Source: Methanobacteriota archaeon | GTDB lineage: Archaea; Thermoplasmatota; Thermoplasmata; SG8-5; JAGLSY01 | Assembly: GCA_020696385.1 (NCBI GenBank) | Contig: JAEHCQ010000008.1 | Span: forward strand, 1-64,000 | Direction: 5' to 3' | DNA: 64,000 nt | In this document: positions 10,192 through 20,317 of the stretch, piece after piece | Position numbering within the stretch: the stretch's first letter is position 1 | How the letters are laid out: each line of letters opens with the position of its first letter | The notes under the pieces: model-generated | Told to the model about the DNA's origin: nothing | Seen by the model: the letters and a program-made list of their open reading frames with translations, nothing else | Databases searched by the model: none | Program-made: the position numbers and the translations under genes

Positions 10192-10627
10192 GTGAGTGCA
10201 AGAAAACCGAGATAGTATATAAGGACTTCGGTTATTTTGCACTGATATTCTTAATTATTAAGAAATGTAATACTTATAGTATTACATTTATTTTACCCAG
10301 TACCGTATATTATAAAATAATATACGGGTAGTGGACACATATTTATTTCGTTATATAGTAAGAGGACAGTTCATCACGTGTATTTCCCCTCTTCTTTTTG
10401 TTCAGCATTCCCTGGCTCTGCATTATTTTTCTGTAATTGGCTGTGAAGCAAAATATCTTTGTTCGAACCCTTCTCTATTATATACCACTACCAGTTAGCT
10501 GCGCTTCCGCATCTACTCGGGAGAAAGGGCATCTGGCAGTATATCGAACACATTGTTCGAACATTTCGCTTTTTCGTTGGCAATCACGCTTGGTTGTCCA
10601 GGTGCTTGAAATCAAGAGGCGAAATAA

Positions 10628-12208
10628 ATGAAAACATTTGAAGAGCTTGGCTTAACCAGTACTCTACTTAGGTCGATCGACATGCTGGGGTTCAAAGAAC
10701 CAACAAAGATACAGAACGATTCCATACCATATATTCTGAAAGGATATGACCTGATCGGAGAATCCGAAACAGGCTCCGGGAAAACATTGGCCTTCGGCTG
10801 CGGGATCATTGAAAAATGCACCCGAGATGGGGGCGTGCAGGCACTTGTTCTCACTCCTACAAGGGAATTGGCAGACCAGGTTAAGAATGCGTTGAAAGAG
10901 ATTACTTTCAAACCCCGATTGAACATCGTCGCTGTCTTTGGTGGAACTTCCATAAATAATCAAATTAAAAACCTCAAGCGAGCGAATGTCATTGTCGCCA
11001 CACCTGGAAGGCTTCTGGACCACATTGATAGAGGAACAGTCGATCTCAGCCATGTGAAATTACTCGTCATGGACGAGGCAGATCGCATGTTCGACATGGG
11101 GTTCATCGACGATGTGAAGAAGATCATTAGACAATGCCCGGGCAAGCGTCAGACCTTATTCTTTTCAGCCACAATTACCAAGGAAGTGAAAAAGCTGGCC
11201 AACCAGCACATGGTGGACCCGAAAATAGTCCATGCGGGAAATATCGTGGACCCGACCAAGCTCAAGCAGATCACTGTCAGAGCCTCCAAGAATAAGAAAT
11301 TCTCGCTTTTAACTCATATCCTCCAGAAGGAAGAAAAGCCACTGGCAATGGTGTTTTGCAATACCCGCCATCTCTCGGATTATGTGGATAAGAATCTGCG
11401 GTCCAATGGAATTAGAGCGGCTGCGATCCATGGAGGGCTTACTCAGAACGCGCGTCTCAAGGCGATTAACAGGTTCAATTCCCATGAAGTGAATGTCCTG
11501 GTTTGTACGGATGTGGCTGCCCGTGGACTCAATATTAAAAACGTGTCCCATGTGATCAATTACGATATTCCACAGGACCCGAACGATTATGTTCACAGGA
11601 TCGGCAGAACTGCAAGGGCGGGGGAATCCGGCCAGGTCATTAATATTCTGACGAACTTTGACAAGAATTATATGAAAAAGATTCAGTGGGAGAACAAGAC
11701 CTTCACCATGGAAGATGTGGAAATTAATAATTTCAAAGAAGCGAAGATCACTGCCAAGATGGAGCAGGGTGGCAGGGATCGCGGAGCAAGATCGGGGTCC
11801 CGATCTAGCTCTGGATCGGGCAATAATTGGAAGAGTAATAACAATAACAATAACAATAACAATAACAATAACAATAACAATAACAATAACAATAACAATA
11901 ACAATAACAATAACAATAACAATGGTGGCGGTTCCAGAAATTACCAGGGAAAGCACAAGAGCGGGAAATCCGATGGAGACCGAAGCTTCAAACCAAATGG
12001 TGATAAGCCCAAATCTCCGGATTATAGAACAAGATCCGGCGGATACAAAGGCAAATCCAGTGGGAATTACAAGGGAAAGCCAAGTGGTGGTAAGTCTGGA
12101 TCTCCGGATTACAGAAAAAGATCTGGCGGATATAAGGGTAAATCTGGTGGGAATTACAAGAAAGGTGGCGGCGGCGGGGATCGGTCTTCGGGCCCCAAGA
12201 GCGCGTGA
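10628..12208 (+). CDS. DEAD-box RNA helicase (CshA/DeaD-like) with low-complexity C-terminal tail
   Basis: Q motif PTKIQ, ETGSGKT, PTRELA, TPGR, DEAD, SAT, ARGL and HRIGRTAR. Confidence 0.96.
   Translation: MKTFEELGLTSTLLRSIDMLGFKEPTKIQNDSIPYILKGYDLIGESETGSGKTLAFGCGIIEKCTRDGGVQALVLTPTRELADQVKNALKEITFKPRLNIVAVFGGTSINNQIKNLKRANVIVATPGRLLDHIDRGTVDLSHVKLLVMDEADRMFDMGFIDDVKKIIRQCPGKRQTLFFSATITKEVKKLANQHMVDPKIVHAGNIVDPTKLKQITVRASKNKKFSLLTHILQKEEKPLAMVFCNTRHLSDYVDKNLRSNGIRAAAIHGGLTQNARLKAINRFNSHEVNVLVCTDVAARGLNIKNVSHVINYDIPQDPNDYVHRIGRTARAGESGQVINILTNFDKNYMKKIQWENKTFTMEDVEINNFKEAKITAKMEQGGRDRGARSGSRSSSGSGNNWKSNNNNNNNNNNNNNNNNNNNNNNNNNNNNNGGGSRNYQGKHKSGKSDGDRSFKPNGDKPKSPDYRTRSGGYKGKSSGNYKGKPSGGKSGSPDYRKRSGGYKGKSGGNYKKGGGGGDRSSGPKSA
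11837..11923 (+). repeat. (AATAAC)14.5 in-frame microsatellite encoding 29 Asn
   Basis: Perfect hexamer array read directly. Confidence 0.97.
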
Positions 12209-12349
12209 AGGTCGGAATTCCAAGCTACACGAGATTTGAAGAAATAGCTTTTAAGAACACACACTCTACGGAAGAGTACATGTGGCAAAAGCTCAATGAG
12301 GGCTCCCTAACTCTTAGGGTTCATATTCAATAATCAAAGCACAGAGTGA

Positions 12350-13075
12350 GTGTTGATGAAAACAAAACAACTGAAAATCGAGGACATCGAGATCGATGTC
12401 CTATTGAAGAATATCAAGAACATCCACCTCAGTGTCCACCCTCCGAATGGAAGAGTGCGCATATCCGCTCCTTCCCGCACTAGTCTGAAAACTCTTCGCC
12501 TCTTCGCGATCTCCAAGCTGGCCTGGATCAAGAAGAAGCAGAGGAAGATGCTGGAGCGCCCTCGGGAAACTCCTCGCGAGTATTTGGATCTCGAAAGCCA
12601 CTATGTGTGGGGAAAACGATATACATTGAAAATTGTGGAAATCGATAAGCCTCCATCTATTGAATTGAAGCACAGCGATATGCTCTTGCAGGTGCGCCCT
12701 GGGGCGGATACCAAGAAAAAGCATGCGGTTGTGGAGGCTTGGTATCGAGAACGACTCAGAGAGGCTGCCGTGCCATTGATCGCCAAGTGGGAGATCGAGA
12801 TGGGTGTGAAGATGGAGAAGTTGTTCATCCAGCGCATGAAGACCAAATGGGGCAGTTGCAATACCACCGCGCGGAATATCCGCCTCAATACGGAGCTCGT
12901 TAAGAGGCCGCGCGAGTGCCTGGAGTATGTTGTGATCCACGAGTTAGCTCATCTATTGGAACCCCGGCATGATGCTCGTTTCTATGCATTGGTGGGGCAA
13001 TATATGCCCGATTGGAAAGTGTATAAGGATATGCTGAACCAGGGGGGGTTGGGGGATGGGGACTTGGGGAAATAG
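12350..13075 (+). CDS. YgjP/DUF45 (SprT-like, M48-related) metallohydrolase
   Basis: KNIHLSV.PPNG.VRISAP, MKTKWGSC and YVVIHELAHL (HExxH). Confidence 0.9.
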   Translation: MLMKTKQLKIEDIEIDVLLKNIKNIHLSVHPPNGRVRISAPSRTSLKTLRLFAISKLAWIKKKQRKMLERPRETPREYLDLESHYVWGKRYTLKIVEIDKPPSIELKHSDMLLQVRPGADTKKKHAVVEAWYRERLREAAVPLIAKWEIEMGVKMEKLFIQRMKTKWGSCNTTARNIRLNTELVKRPRECLEYVVIHELAHLLEPRHDARFYALVGQYMPDWKVYKDMLNQGGLGDGDLGK

Positions 13076-13088
13076 CATGAGGCTGAAT

Positions 13089-13907
13089 TCATAGGTATGT
13101 CTTCTCTTTCTCTCCTTTCACCCCGGCCACCAGTTCGATATAGGGCTCGATGGAGCTGGCAAATATCTTGCCTAAAAGGACTTCCTCCACCTGGAAGAAG
13201 CCGACTGACTCTTTCATGGCCACATGTATCCTGATGGGCCTTTTCTCCCCTTTGCAGATAGTGACCTTGCTGATCGCCGAGCTAGAATATTTGTGGATAT
13301 CCCCGACTTTCGATTCGGTATGCATCATCATGGGAATTCGGGCCCTGCCCAGCTCCATATCGCACCCATCGGAGACGAGGATAATTCCCGCTTCCAGGGA
13401 GAGGGTCTTCTGATTGCCCATATGCCCGGTTATCCCCTCGATTATGAGCGAGCGTATGACCACTTTCTTCTCCAGATCGTCACCATACAGATCGTCCAGG
13501 AACCTCTGAATTATCGGCATCGCCAGTATCGCCGATGCCTGCTCGTGATTGTCCCTACCAACGGACATACCGATATCGTGTAAACAGGACGCCATCATCA
13601 CCGCCACCCTGGAATCCTGGTAGGAACCGATTCCCTCCACTTCCAGCGTGGTCTTGATCCCGGCCTCGTGCAGCAGATCCAACAACAGGATCGAATTCAG
13701 CATCACCTTGCGCATGTGTACGGGCCCATGGTCATTGAAATTGAGTCTTTTAATAGAAACCGAATTCGCATAATCCTGAATATATTGGACTTCCTTATCC
13801 TCCAGCAGGGCCTCGGCTATCCTGTAAGACAGAGTTCCTTGCTCCAGCTGGGCGAATATCTTCTTGTGGACCTGCGACTGCTTGGGGGATTTGTGCTTGG
13901 GAGACAT
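13089..13907 (-). CDS. HD-domain phosphohydrolase
   Basis: DHGPVH, LHDIG, H...H and SDGCD metal-binding pattern. Confidence 0.85.
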   Translation of the reverse strand: MSPKHKSPKQSQVHKKIFAQLEQGTLSYRIAEALLEDKEVQYIQDYANSVSIKRLNFNDHGPVHMRKVMLNSILLLDLLHEAGIKTTLEVEGIGSYQDSRVAVMMASCLHDIGMSVGRDNHEQASAILAMPIIQRFLDDLYGDDLEKKVVIRSLIIEGITGHMGNQKTLSLEAGIILVSDGCDMELGRARIPMMMHTESKVGDIHKYSSSAISKVTICKGEKRPIRIHVAMKESVGFFQVEEVLLGKIFASSIEPYIELVAGVKGEKEKTYL

Positions 13908-14024
13908 GGTATCAGGAGAGAATTGGCGGGAGGGGGTATAAGGGTTTGGGGGGGGTGTTGGCTTTTCTTATAACAATATTAATATCGTAAGAATCTCTCT
14001 TGGTTTTATCTGAGAGAGGGGAAA

Positions 14025-15389
14025 ATGCAAGCTTCATATGATAAAACAGATCCAGAATCGATAAAGGCCTATGCTCAGGAGTTAATAGGTAAATCTCTAT
14101 ATGAAAGCATATCGATTGACCTGAGCGAGGTAAACACAACGAACAAAGGAAATCTTGGACAAATCATCGAAGATTTTTATTTTCATTATAATCCAAATTC
14201 TAATAAAGGGCCAGATTTCTTAGAAGCTGGAGTAGAACTTAAAACATCCCCTTTGAAGAAACTGAAAAATGGTAGCTTTGTATCAAAAGAGCGTCTTGTA
14301 CTGAACATAATTAATTATGATGAAATGTATGAAGAAACATGGGAGCAAAGTAGTTTTTTATCAAAGAATAAATTACTACTTTTAATGCTCTATCTTTGGG
14401 AGGAAGATAAAGGTATACTGGATTATATCTTTAAATTAGCTGATCTATGGGAGTTCCCAGAGCAGGATCTAAAGATCATCAAAGATGATTGGATGAAAAT
14501 CTTTCAAAAAATAGATGATGGAAAAGCTCATGAACTTTCGGAGGGAGATACATTATTCTTAGGTGCTTGCACAAAAGGGAGTTCGTCAAAGGATCTAAGG
14601 ACACAGCCAAAGTCAGACATTTTAGCAAAGCAAAGGGCTTTGAGTATAAAGCAGAAATATCTCAATTTCATGATCCATGAACTGGCCAATAGGTATTATG
14701 GGCCAGAAGCTAAACAAAAAATGGGGTATGAGTTCGAACGAATAGTAAAGAGCATCGACGAATATAATGAAGGAGAGACCCTTGAAGGTCTCGTACAAAG
14801 AAGATTTGAACCATATTTTGGTAAAAGTATAGCGGATCTGAAAGCTGAGTTCGACCTTAATTTCTCACCTCGAAGTAAGCATAAGGCATATTTGATCACA
14901 AAGGGAATACTGGGTATTAGCTCTGAGAAAAAGATAGATGAGTTCGAGAAGGCCGATATTGAGATAAAGACAATAGCCCTTGAGAGCACTGGCACACTTA
15001 AAGAGAGCATGTCATTCCCTCATATAAGATATAATGATATCATCCATCAAAAGTTCGAGAACTCACCCATTTATGAGAAGTTGACAAAACGATTCTTTTT
15101 CGTCATATTCCAAAAGGATGATAATGGCATTAAGAGATTGAATAAGATCATGTTCTGGACCATGCCCAAAAAGGACCTAGATACATATAAAAAACTGTTC
15201 AATGATACAAAGAAGAAGATCAATGATGGCGATTATGAGAACTTCATTAAGATATCTGATGGTGTTGTAGGTCACATTAGGCCACATGGTCGTGATAAAC
15301 AAGACCTGATGGAAACACCACAAGGGACAAAAGAGATTAAAAGGTGTTTCTGGCTTAATTCAAAATATGTTAAGGAGCAGATTAAGTAG
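14025..15389 (+). CDS. Sau3AI/MutH-family restriction endonuclease
   Basis: NKGNLGQIIE, PDFLEAGVELKTSP and HELSEGDTLFLGACTKG; second MutH-like half (ADIEIKTI...ESMSF); AT-rich. Confidence 0.9.
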   Translation: MQASYDKTDPESIKAYAQELIGKSLYESISIDLSEVNTTNKGNLGQIIEDFYFHYNPNSNKGPDFLEAGVELKTSPLKKLKNGSFVSKERLVLNIINYDEMYEETWEQSSFLSKNKLLLLMLYLWEEDKGILDYIFKLADLWEFPEQDLKIIKDDWMKIFQKIDDGKAHELSEGDTLFLGACTKGSSSKDLRTQPKSDILAKQRALSIKQKYLNFMIHELANRYYGPEAKQKMGYEFERIVKSIDEYNEGETLEGLVQRRFEPYFGKSIADLKAEFDLNFSPRSKHKAYLITKGILGISSEKKIDEFEKADIEIKTIALESTGTLKESMSFPHIRYNDIIHQKFENSPIYEKLTKRFFFVIFQKDDNGIKRLNKIMFWTMPKKDLDTYKKLFNDTKKKINDGDYENFIKISDGVVGHIRPHGRDKQDLMETPQGTKEIKRCFWLNSKYVKEQIK

Positions 15390-15391
15390 TG

Positions 15392-17035
15392 TTATTTATT
15401 CTTGTTAACTTGTTCTGCAACATAATTACAGGCATATACCCCGGCCAATATCCTAATTGGAATATCATCCTTATTCATGATTCCCAAAGCAGGGCCAGAT
15501 GATCCCAATGTCTTTCCATCGAACTTCTCTGATGGATAGTGCTTATCGACAAGTTGTTTCATTAATTCAAGGGCTTCTTCAGGACCTAATTTATTAGATT
15601 TGGACCTACGGCAATAAATCTTCTGGAACATTCCAGCACCAGGTAACTTTCCTTTGAAGGATTTTATAACATCATCTTCGAATTGTTCGAATCCATTAAT
15701 GAACCTTGACATGAACATTCCCCTTAGATGTTCTTGATCGATAGTACACCATTTTGCAGCTTTACCAGTACTCGTATGTAAGATACATGTCCAAATAACC
15801 TTCTCATTTTCGAAATCAGATTCTCGATTACTCAGATCCACCCGGAAACCATTTACCTTGAGATATGGTATATGCATTGAGAACTTGGCATTTTGCCTTC
15901 TGGGTTTTGGATCTCGCTTTACATAAGATCGGCCAGTGAGGTCAATGTTAGGAATTGTTCTAGGAAGGTCAATGAATTTTTCAGGTATCTCTAAACCTTC
16001 TTTTTTCAAAATAGACTGAGCAATCGCCCGCGACATCATTGGACATACTGCGTTACCAACCAATTTGTACTTAGAAGATTCACTATTCCCCTGAAATTGA
16101 TAGGTTATTGGAAATGACATTAAGCTTGATACTTCTCTTATTGTTGGCATCCTATAGGATATGTACTCATCACCATCTTTTCTGCCTCCAAATATCATAG
16201 CTTCTCTTGTTGAGGCGGAGCGAGTGGCCATTATCGTCCTGCTTGGTCTTTCCATATTCTCAGGGAAGGACATTTTCCCCATGAATCCTTGATCACGTTT
16301 CAACCGTAAGGCATTCTTCCATTCGAACTCCTCGATAGTGGTATCATAGAAGTGGTCTGTTAGGGCTTCCCGTTTGACAGTGAACCCATAGCAAGGGTCC
16401 TTGATCCGTGCTACATCTGAACCGTTCAGTGGGTCTTTCAGACATTTCAATACCTTAGATATAGTGACCCATTCATCCTTTTCATGAACTTTTTCTGGCA
16501 ATGGGTAATTCCCACCGAAGAACCGCGTCCTTGTCTGTGGAGCTCCATAATATGCAGCATTCATAACTGCTCTCGTTGACATTTTTAATGCAGTCCTCTT
16601 ACCCCCAGGTAATCCAAGTTCCTCAAAAGTATACTTCTCTTTGATATGTGGTTCACTCAATGGAACATTCTCCAATACCCAGTACTTCAAAATACTGCCC
16701 TTTTTATTCATTTTATAAGCTACTATTCTAAGGTATGCCTCTATCAGTTGTAGGCCAAGTGTCTTGTCAGCTTTACCAGCCTTATTAGAGCCTGAAAAGG
16801 CAACACATGGTGGAGAGCCTATCAACACCTCAGTATCTGGGATTATCTCATCAATCTTTTCAGGAGTATCCAGCTCTAAGATATTCATTTGAGAATGTTT
16901 GCATTTTGGATGATTAAGTTCATGAGTTTCTATTGCGGGACCCCAGAGATCTAGAGCGAACACTACATCAAATCCCATTTGACGGAACCCCTCGGAGAAG
17001 CCACCAGCGCCACAAAAGAAGTCGGCTACTTTCAT
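15392..17035 (-). CDS. DNA (cytosine-5) methyltransferase with long C-terminal extension
   Basis: Motifs I (DFFCGAGG), IV (GSPPC), VI (ENV), VIII (QTRTR) and X (GNAV); convergent with the endonuclease. Confidence 0.93.
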   Translation of the reverse strand: MKVADFFCGAGGFSEGFRQMGFDVVFALDLWGPAIETHELNHPKCKHSQMNILELDTPEKIDEIIPDTEVLIGSPPCVAFSGSNKAGKADKTLGLQLIEAYLRIVAYKMNKKGSILKYWVLENVPLSEPHIKEKYTFEELGLPGGKRTALKMSTRAVMNAAYYGAPQTRTRFFGGNYPLPEKVHEKDEWVTISKVLKCLKDPLNGSDVARIKDPCYGFTVKREALTDHFYDTTIEEFEWKNALRLKRDQGFMGKMSFPENMERPSRTIMATRSASTREAMIFGGRKDGDEYISYRMPTIREVSSLMSFPITYQFQGNSESSKYKLVGNAVCPMMSRAIAQSILKKEGLEIPEKFIDLPRTIPNIDLTGRSYVKRDPKPRRQNAKFSMHIPYLKVNGFRVDLSNRESDFENEKVIWTCILHTSTGKAAKWCTIDQEHLRGMFMSRFINGFEQFEDDVIKSFKGKLPGAGMFQKIYCRRSKSNKLGPEEALELMKQLVDKHYPSEKFDGKTLGSSGPALGIMNKDDIPIRILAGVYACNYVAEQVNKNK

Positions 17036-17186
17036 AGACCCATTATTGCCAAGTTCATTTATATGTCTATCTGTGGCGACATACCCTATCTACGCCAATA
17101 TAACTCTCAAATGATGTTCCACATAATCATCATATTGGGGATATCTGAGAAAGATATTTATAGTCAATATCTATGATTATTTAGCT

Positions 17187-17327
17187 ATGGAATTAGACAA
17201 ACAAAAGATAATGGAAGAAGCACTCGGTGTGGACATTATCACCCAGGAGCAATATGATATGGGTTTTGATGAATTATATGGAATCGGTATACTTGATGAT
17301 TATATAATTAAAAATTTTATTTCATAG
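17187..17327 (+). CDS. Possible 46-aa ORF or gene fragment (MELDKQKIMEEALGVD...)
   Basis: ATG-to-TAG ORF translated by hand in the AT-rich island; no motif. Confidence 0.3.
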   Translation: MELDKQKIMEEALGVDIITQEQYDMGFDELYGIGILDDYIIKNFIS

Positions 17328-17346
17328 GTCAAATAATGCAATAGGC

Positions 17347-17862
17347 TCATCCAACTATCCTTCTCCACTCATCTATTGCGCTCTCAACCTTATCATCCCC
17401 AATAACACCCACAAACTCTAATCCAGGCATTTGTTTTATTACCTCATTTATTAATTTAATTTGCTTTGGTCTATGAGAGCCAGGTTTGTTCATCACTTCA
17501 TTTTTTACAACTAATAAAAATGAGAGTTTTGATATTGGTCTTAATTCTCCATTTCCGATCTTATAATTATTGCATAAACTAATTGCTTTTGAAACACCCA
17601 GTAAATGTTTTGGTTGAAGAGACCTCTCGATCTCAATGGCGAGATAATGGTCGTCCTTATGGGCTAAAATATCTGGGTCGGCCAAATGAACTTTAATAGG
17701 ATGGTTGTCAGATATATGATAAAAATGTATATCGTCATCCTCGCCATGGGAATTAATTGGTTCCAAGCTAAGCTTTTTCAAATAATTGAAAATATTTATG
17801 CGTATTTCTTCATGCTCTACAGATTCATTATCCACTCCACCACCGCCTTCATCCCCCCACAC
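17347..17862 (-). CDS. Hypothetical protein, possible PD-(D/E)xK-like nuclease fold
   Basis: EHEEI...ADPDIL...LAIEIE pattern; AT-rich; true start uncertain. Confidence 0.55.
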   Translation of the reverse strand: MWGDEGGGGVDNESVEHEEIRINIFNYLKKLSLEPINSHGEDDDIHFYHISDNHPIKVHLADPDILAHKDDHYLAIEIERSLQPKHLLGVSKAISLCNNYKIGNGELRPISKLSFLLVVKNEVMNKPGSHRPKQIKLINEVIKQMPGLEFVGVIGDDKVESAIDEWRRIVG

Positions 17863-18475
17863 AAACCATCCTCGTCTGCTCCCCCCATCCCTGGTATTTG
17901 AGGAACCTTCTTGTGGAATATGTTTCTGTGCGGCCTGTTTCCGGATTGTTTAAAATCACCTTGCCATCCATGATGCCAGTGACAACCACCCAATGCGGAA
18001 TGCCGATAAACTCGCCCATTAATTTTGAGGAGATGAGAACGATAGGATGGGTTCCACGCTCCAGCTCGGCGCGAATATGCGTTAATTCAGTTTTTATCAC
18101 AATTTCTTCTATTCCGAGTTTCCTTGCTTCGGCTTTCTGGGCCTCGAAATGCCTGGTCATGGCTTTCACATTTAATGATGGAAAATGTTTCAACACTCCT
18201 TTGATGAATCCAATTCCATCCCCATTGGCATAAACCCGTGCGCTGTATCCTTTCTTCAATGCCCCCAATGCGAGACCGTAAGCGCTGGTGGCCTTTGACT
18301 CCCCCAGGTTGGCATCATTCCAAAGAGCGACTTCCAGATCAAGATCCAAAGAAAGGTTCGGGTCAAGAGAGCCGAGGACCATGACCAGGGATGCTGGACC
18401 GCACGAGTAACCGTATGATTGTTTGTAGAGTGGGATTCCGGATTTGATGGTTTGGTCCGTGGAGTGATGTGCCAT
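17849..18475 (-). CDS. Peptidase C39-like protein (DUF3335-like)
   Basis: YKQ...SCGPASL.M (Gln/Cys), HWVVVTG (His) and NNP. Confidence 0.8.
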   Translation of the reverse strand: MAHHSTDQTIKSGIPLYKQSYGYSCGPASLVMVLGSLDPNLSLDLDLEVALWNDANLGESKATSAYGLALGALKKGYSARVYANGDGIGFIKGVLKHFPSLNVKAMTRHFEAQKAEARKLGIEEIVIKTELTHIRAELERGTHPIVLISSKLMGEFIGIPHWVVVTGIMDGKVILNNPETGRTETYSTRRFLKYQGWGEQTRMVCVGG

Positions 18476-18572
18476 GACAGATACTTATGAACGGCTGGTT
18501 TTTAATCATTGCCCTGATGAAGCAGATCGGATCAATAGATCTCCGTCCCCCCAAAACCATTATATACTCTAA

Positions 18573-18608
18573 ATCCTATTATTGGGACACACGTCCTATA
18601 TTTAGGAC
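18573..18608. promoter_or_regulatory. Two tandem palindromic operator-like boxes upstream of the HTH-MNT gene
   Basis: ATCCTAttatTGGGAC (18573-18588) and GTCCTAtattTAGGAC (18593-18608), 20-bp period, just downstream of TTATATA at about 18560. Confidence 0.55.
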
Positions 18609-18617
18609 AAATGCAGA

Positions 18618-19214
18618 TTGGTGATAAATATGAAACTCCACAACATACTGGACGATATGCTGGACTCCAAGTCCAAGATCAGGATCCTGCGTTTGCTATT
18701 TCGTTTTCCTGAGAGAGAATTCACCGAGAGAGAGATCGCCAGAATGATCAAGATGAGCCCGAACACGGTCAATCTGGCATTGAACGATCTCCGGAAGACC
18801 AATGTGTTCCTTTACAAGCGCATAGGAAGAACACACTCATACAGATGCGATCCAGATTCCGTCCTGTTCCCTTTGTTCAAGGAACTCTTTGGGGGAGAGA
18901 GGGGGATGCGGGATGAGTTGATATCCTTCTTAAAAGATGGATCGGAGGGGGTTGGCACATGCATATTGTTCGGTAGTTTCGCAAGAAATGAAGAGAGATT
19001 CGACAGCGATCTGGATATCCTTATAATAACGGAGAATAAGACGAATGCCGAGGCTAGGGTCGAGGAACTGGCTGGAGACCTGGCAAGACGCTTTTCCATC
19101 ACCCTCGCACCGATCATATTCACTACGGGAGAACTGGAGGAAAAGAGACATAAAGGATTTGTCAAGGAAGCTCTTTCAGAGGGCGAGGTCATTGTAGGGC
19201 AATCCATACCCTAG
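18618..19214 (+). CDS. wHTH + minimal nucleotidyltransferase (MNT) antitoxin
   Basis: N-terminal HTH (FTEREIARMIKMSPNTVN); GSFAR...DSDLD (GS-x10-DxD). Confidence 0.88.
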   Translation: MVINMKLHNILDDMLDSKSKIRILRLLFRFPEREFTEREIARMIKMSPNTVNLALNDLRKTNVFLYKRIGRTHSYRCDPDSVLFPLFKELFGGERGMRDELISFLKDGSEGVGTCILFGSFARNEERFDSDLDILIITENKTNAEARVEELAGDLARRFSITLAPIIFTTGELEEKRHKGFVKEALSEGEVIVGQSIP

Positions 19215-19278
19215 AGATGGAATACTTTCACCCTCCCCTTCTTTCGATTTATATACCCTTTTAGACTATTCTATTCAG

Positions 19279-19683
19279 ATGGCCGAGATAAGAACCAGGG
19301 CTGTGGATCGCCACATGTTCAAGAATTATTTGAAGAAAGCAGATGAGCACTACAAAGCCATGGAGAGCAGTTATAATGCGGGATTACAGACGGCTTGTGT
19401 AGTGAATGCGATCCATTGCGCCATAAACTCCACCGATGCATTGACTGTTTTCTATCTGGGGTTCAGGCATGCTGGTGATAGGCATCAAGATGCTCTTCAG
19501 CTCCTTCAGAAGCTGGACATAGATAAACATGAACTCCGATCAAAGAGCCAGCAACTCTCATCCCTTCTATCGATCAAGAATATGGCAGAATATGAAGAAC
19601 GATTGATGGATGATGGAGATATGGAGAATGCCAGAAAAGCATGTGGAAGATATTACTCCTGGGTGAAAGAGAAATTAGATTAG
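19279..19683 (+). CDS. HEPN-domain protein (MNT-HEPN pair)
   Basis: YLKKADEH...AIHCAI...DAL...H...KNMAEY helical HEPN pattern; follows MNT. Confidence 0.82.
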   Translation: MAEIRTRAVDRHMFKNYLKKADEHYKAMESSYNAGLQTACVVNAIHCAINSTDALTVFYLGFRHAGDRHQDALQLLQKLDIDKHELRSKSQQLSSLLSIKNMAEYEERLMDDGDMENARKACGRYYSWVKEKLD

Positions 19684-19733
19684 ATATTTGATCACCCCTA
19701 CCAATCTCAGGCTCCCGCCAGAATCGAGTACGA

Positions 19734-20105
19734 TCACTCCAAAACCACAACAACAACCTCATCAGTGGCTTCCTTGCCTGCACCGTCCGTGACCGTGAGG
19801 ACCGCCCGGTACTCGCCAGGCCCTCTGAAACTGAAGCTGATGCTCTCACTATGGATGAATACTGTCTCGTTCCCATTCTCCACCATCCACACGAATGATG
19901 TAATGCCTTTGTCATCCGATGAGGCCGAACCGTCCAGGATCGCGCGCTCTCCGAATGTGATAGTTATATCGGGGCCAGCGTCTGCGATGGGGTCTTCCTT
20001 GTCCGGGAAGATATTCAGGAGTTCGGGAGGAAGCAGTAGGAGTGTTAATATCAATACCACCACTATGACCCCTATTACCCATGGGAGCTTATTTTCCTCG
20101 TCCAT
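19734..20105 (-). CDS. Membrane-anchored PKD-domain protein
   Basis: N-terminal TM; PIADAGPD...LDGSASSDD...W...PGEY...LTVTD. Confidence 0.82.
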   Translation of the reverse strand: MDEENKLPWVIGVIVVVLILTLLLLPPELLNIFPDKEDPIADAGPDITITFGERAILDGSASSDDKGITSFVWMVENGNETVFIHSESISFSFRGPGEYRAVLTVTDGAGKEATDEVVVVVLE

Positions 20106-20282
20106 AATGATTGTTATATAATTCGACGATATAAGATTTATGGAACACGCAGATCCACTAAAATATTCTGGTAGAGCGCCCTGATCCTAATCCTTGGTCA
20201 ATGCCTTAGCCAGATCCATGAGGATGCCCTCGATAAAGTACTGAAACCCGCCATTTACACCGCGTCTTCCTTAAACTTCAAT

Positions 20283-20317
20283 TGTCACAGTAAATGTCAC
20301 AGTAAATGTCACAGTAA
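20283..20317. repeat. 3 x 12-bp tandem repeat TGTCACAGTAAA overlapping the fic stop codon
   Basis: Read directly; third copy is 11 bp. Confidence 0.85.

Noticed and set aside
11309-12239. Alternative-frame ORFs with poly-IV, poly-L and poly-IT
   Set aside because: These are shadows of the AATAAC microsatellite inside the DEAD-box gene.
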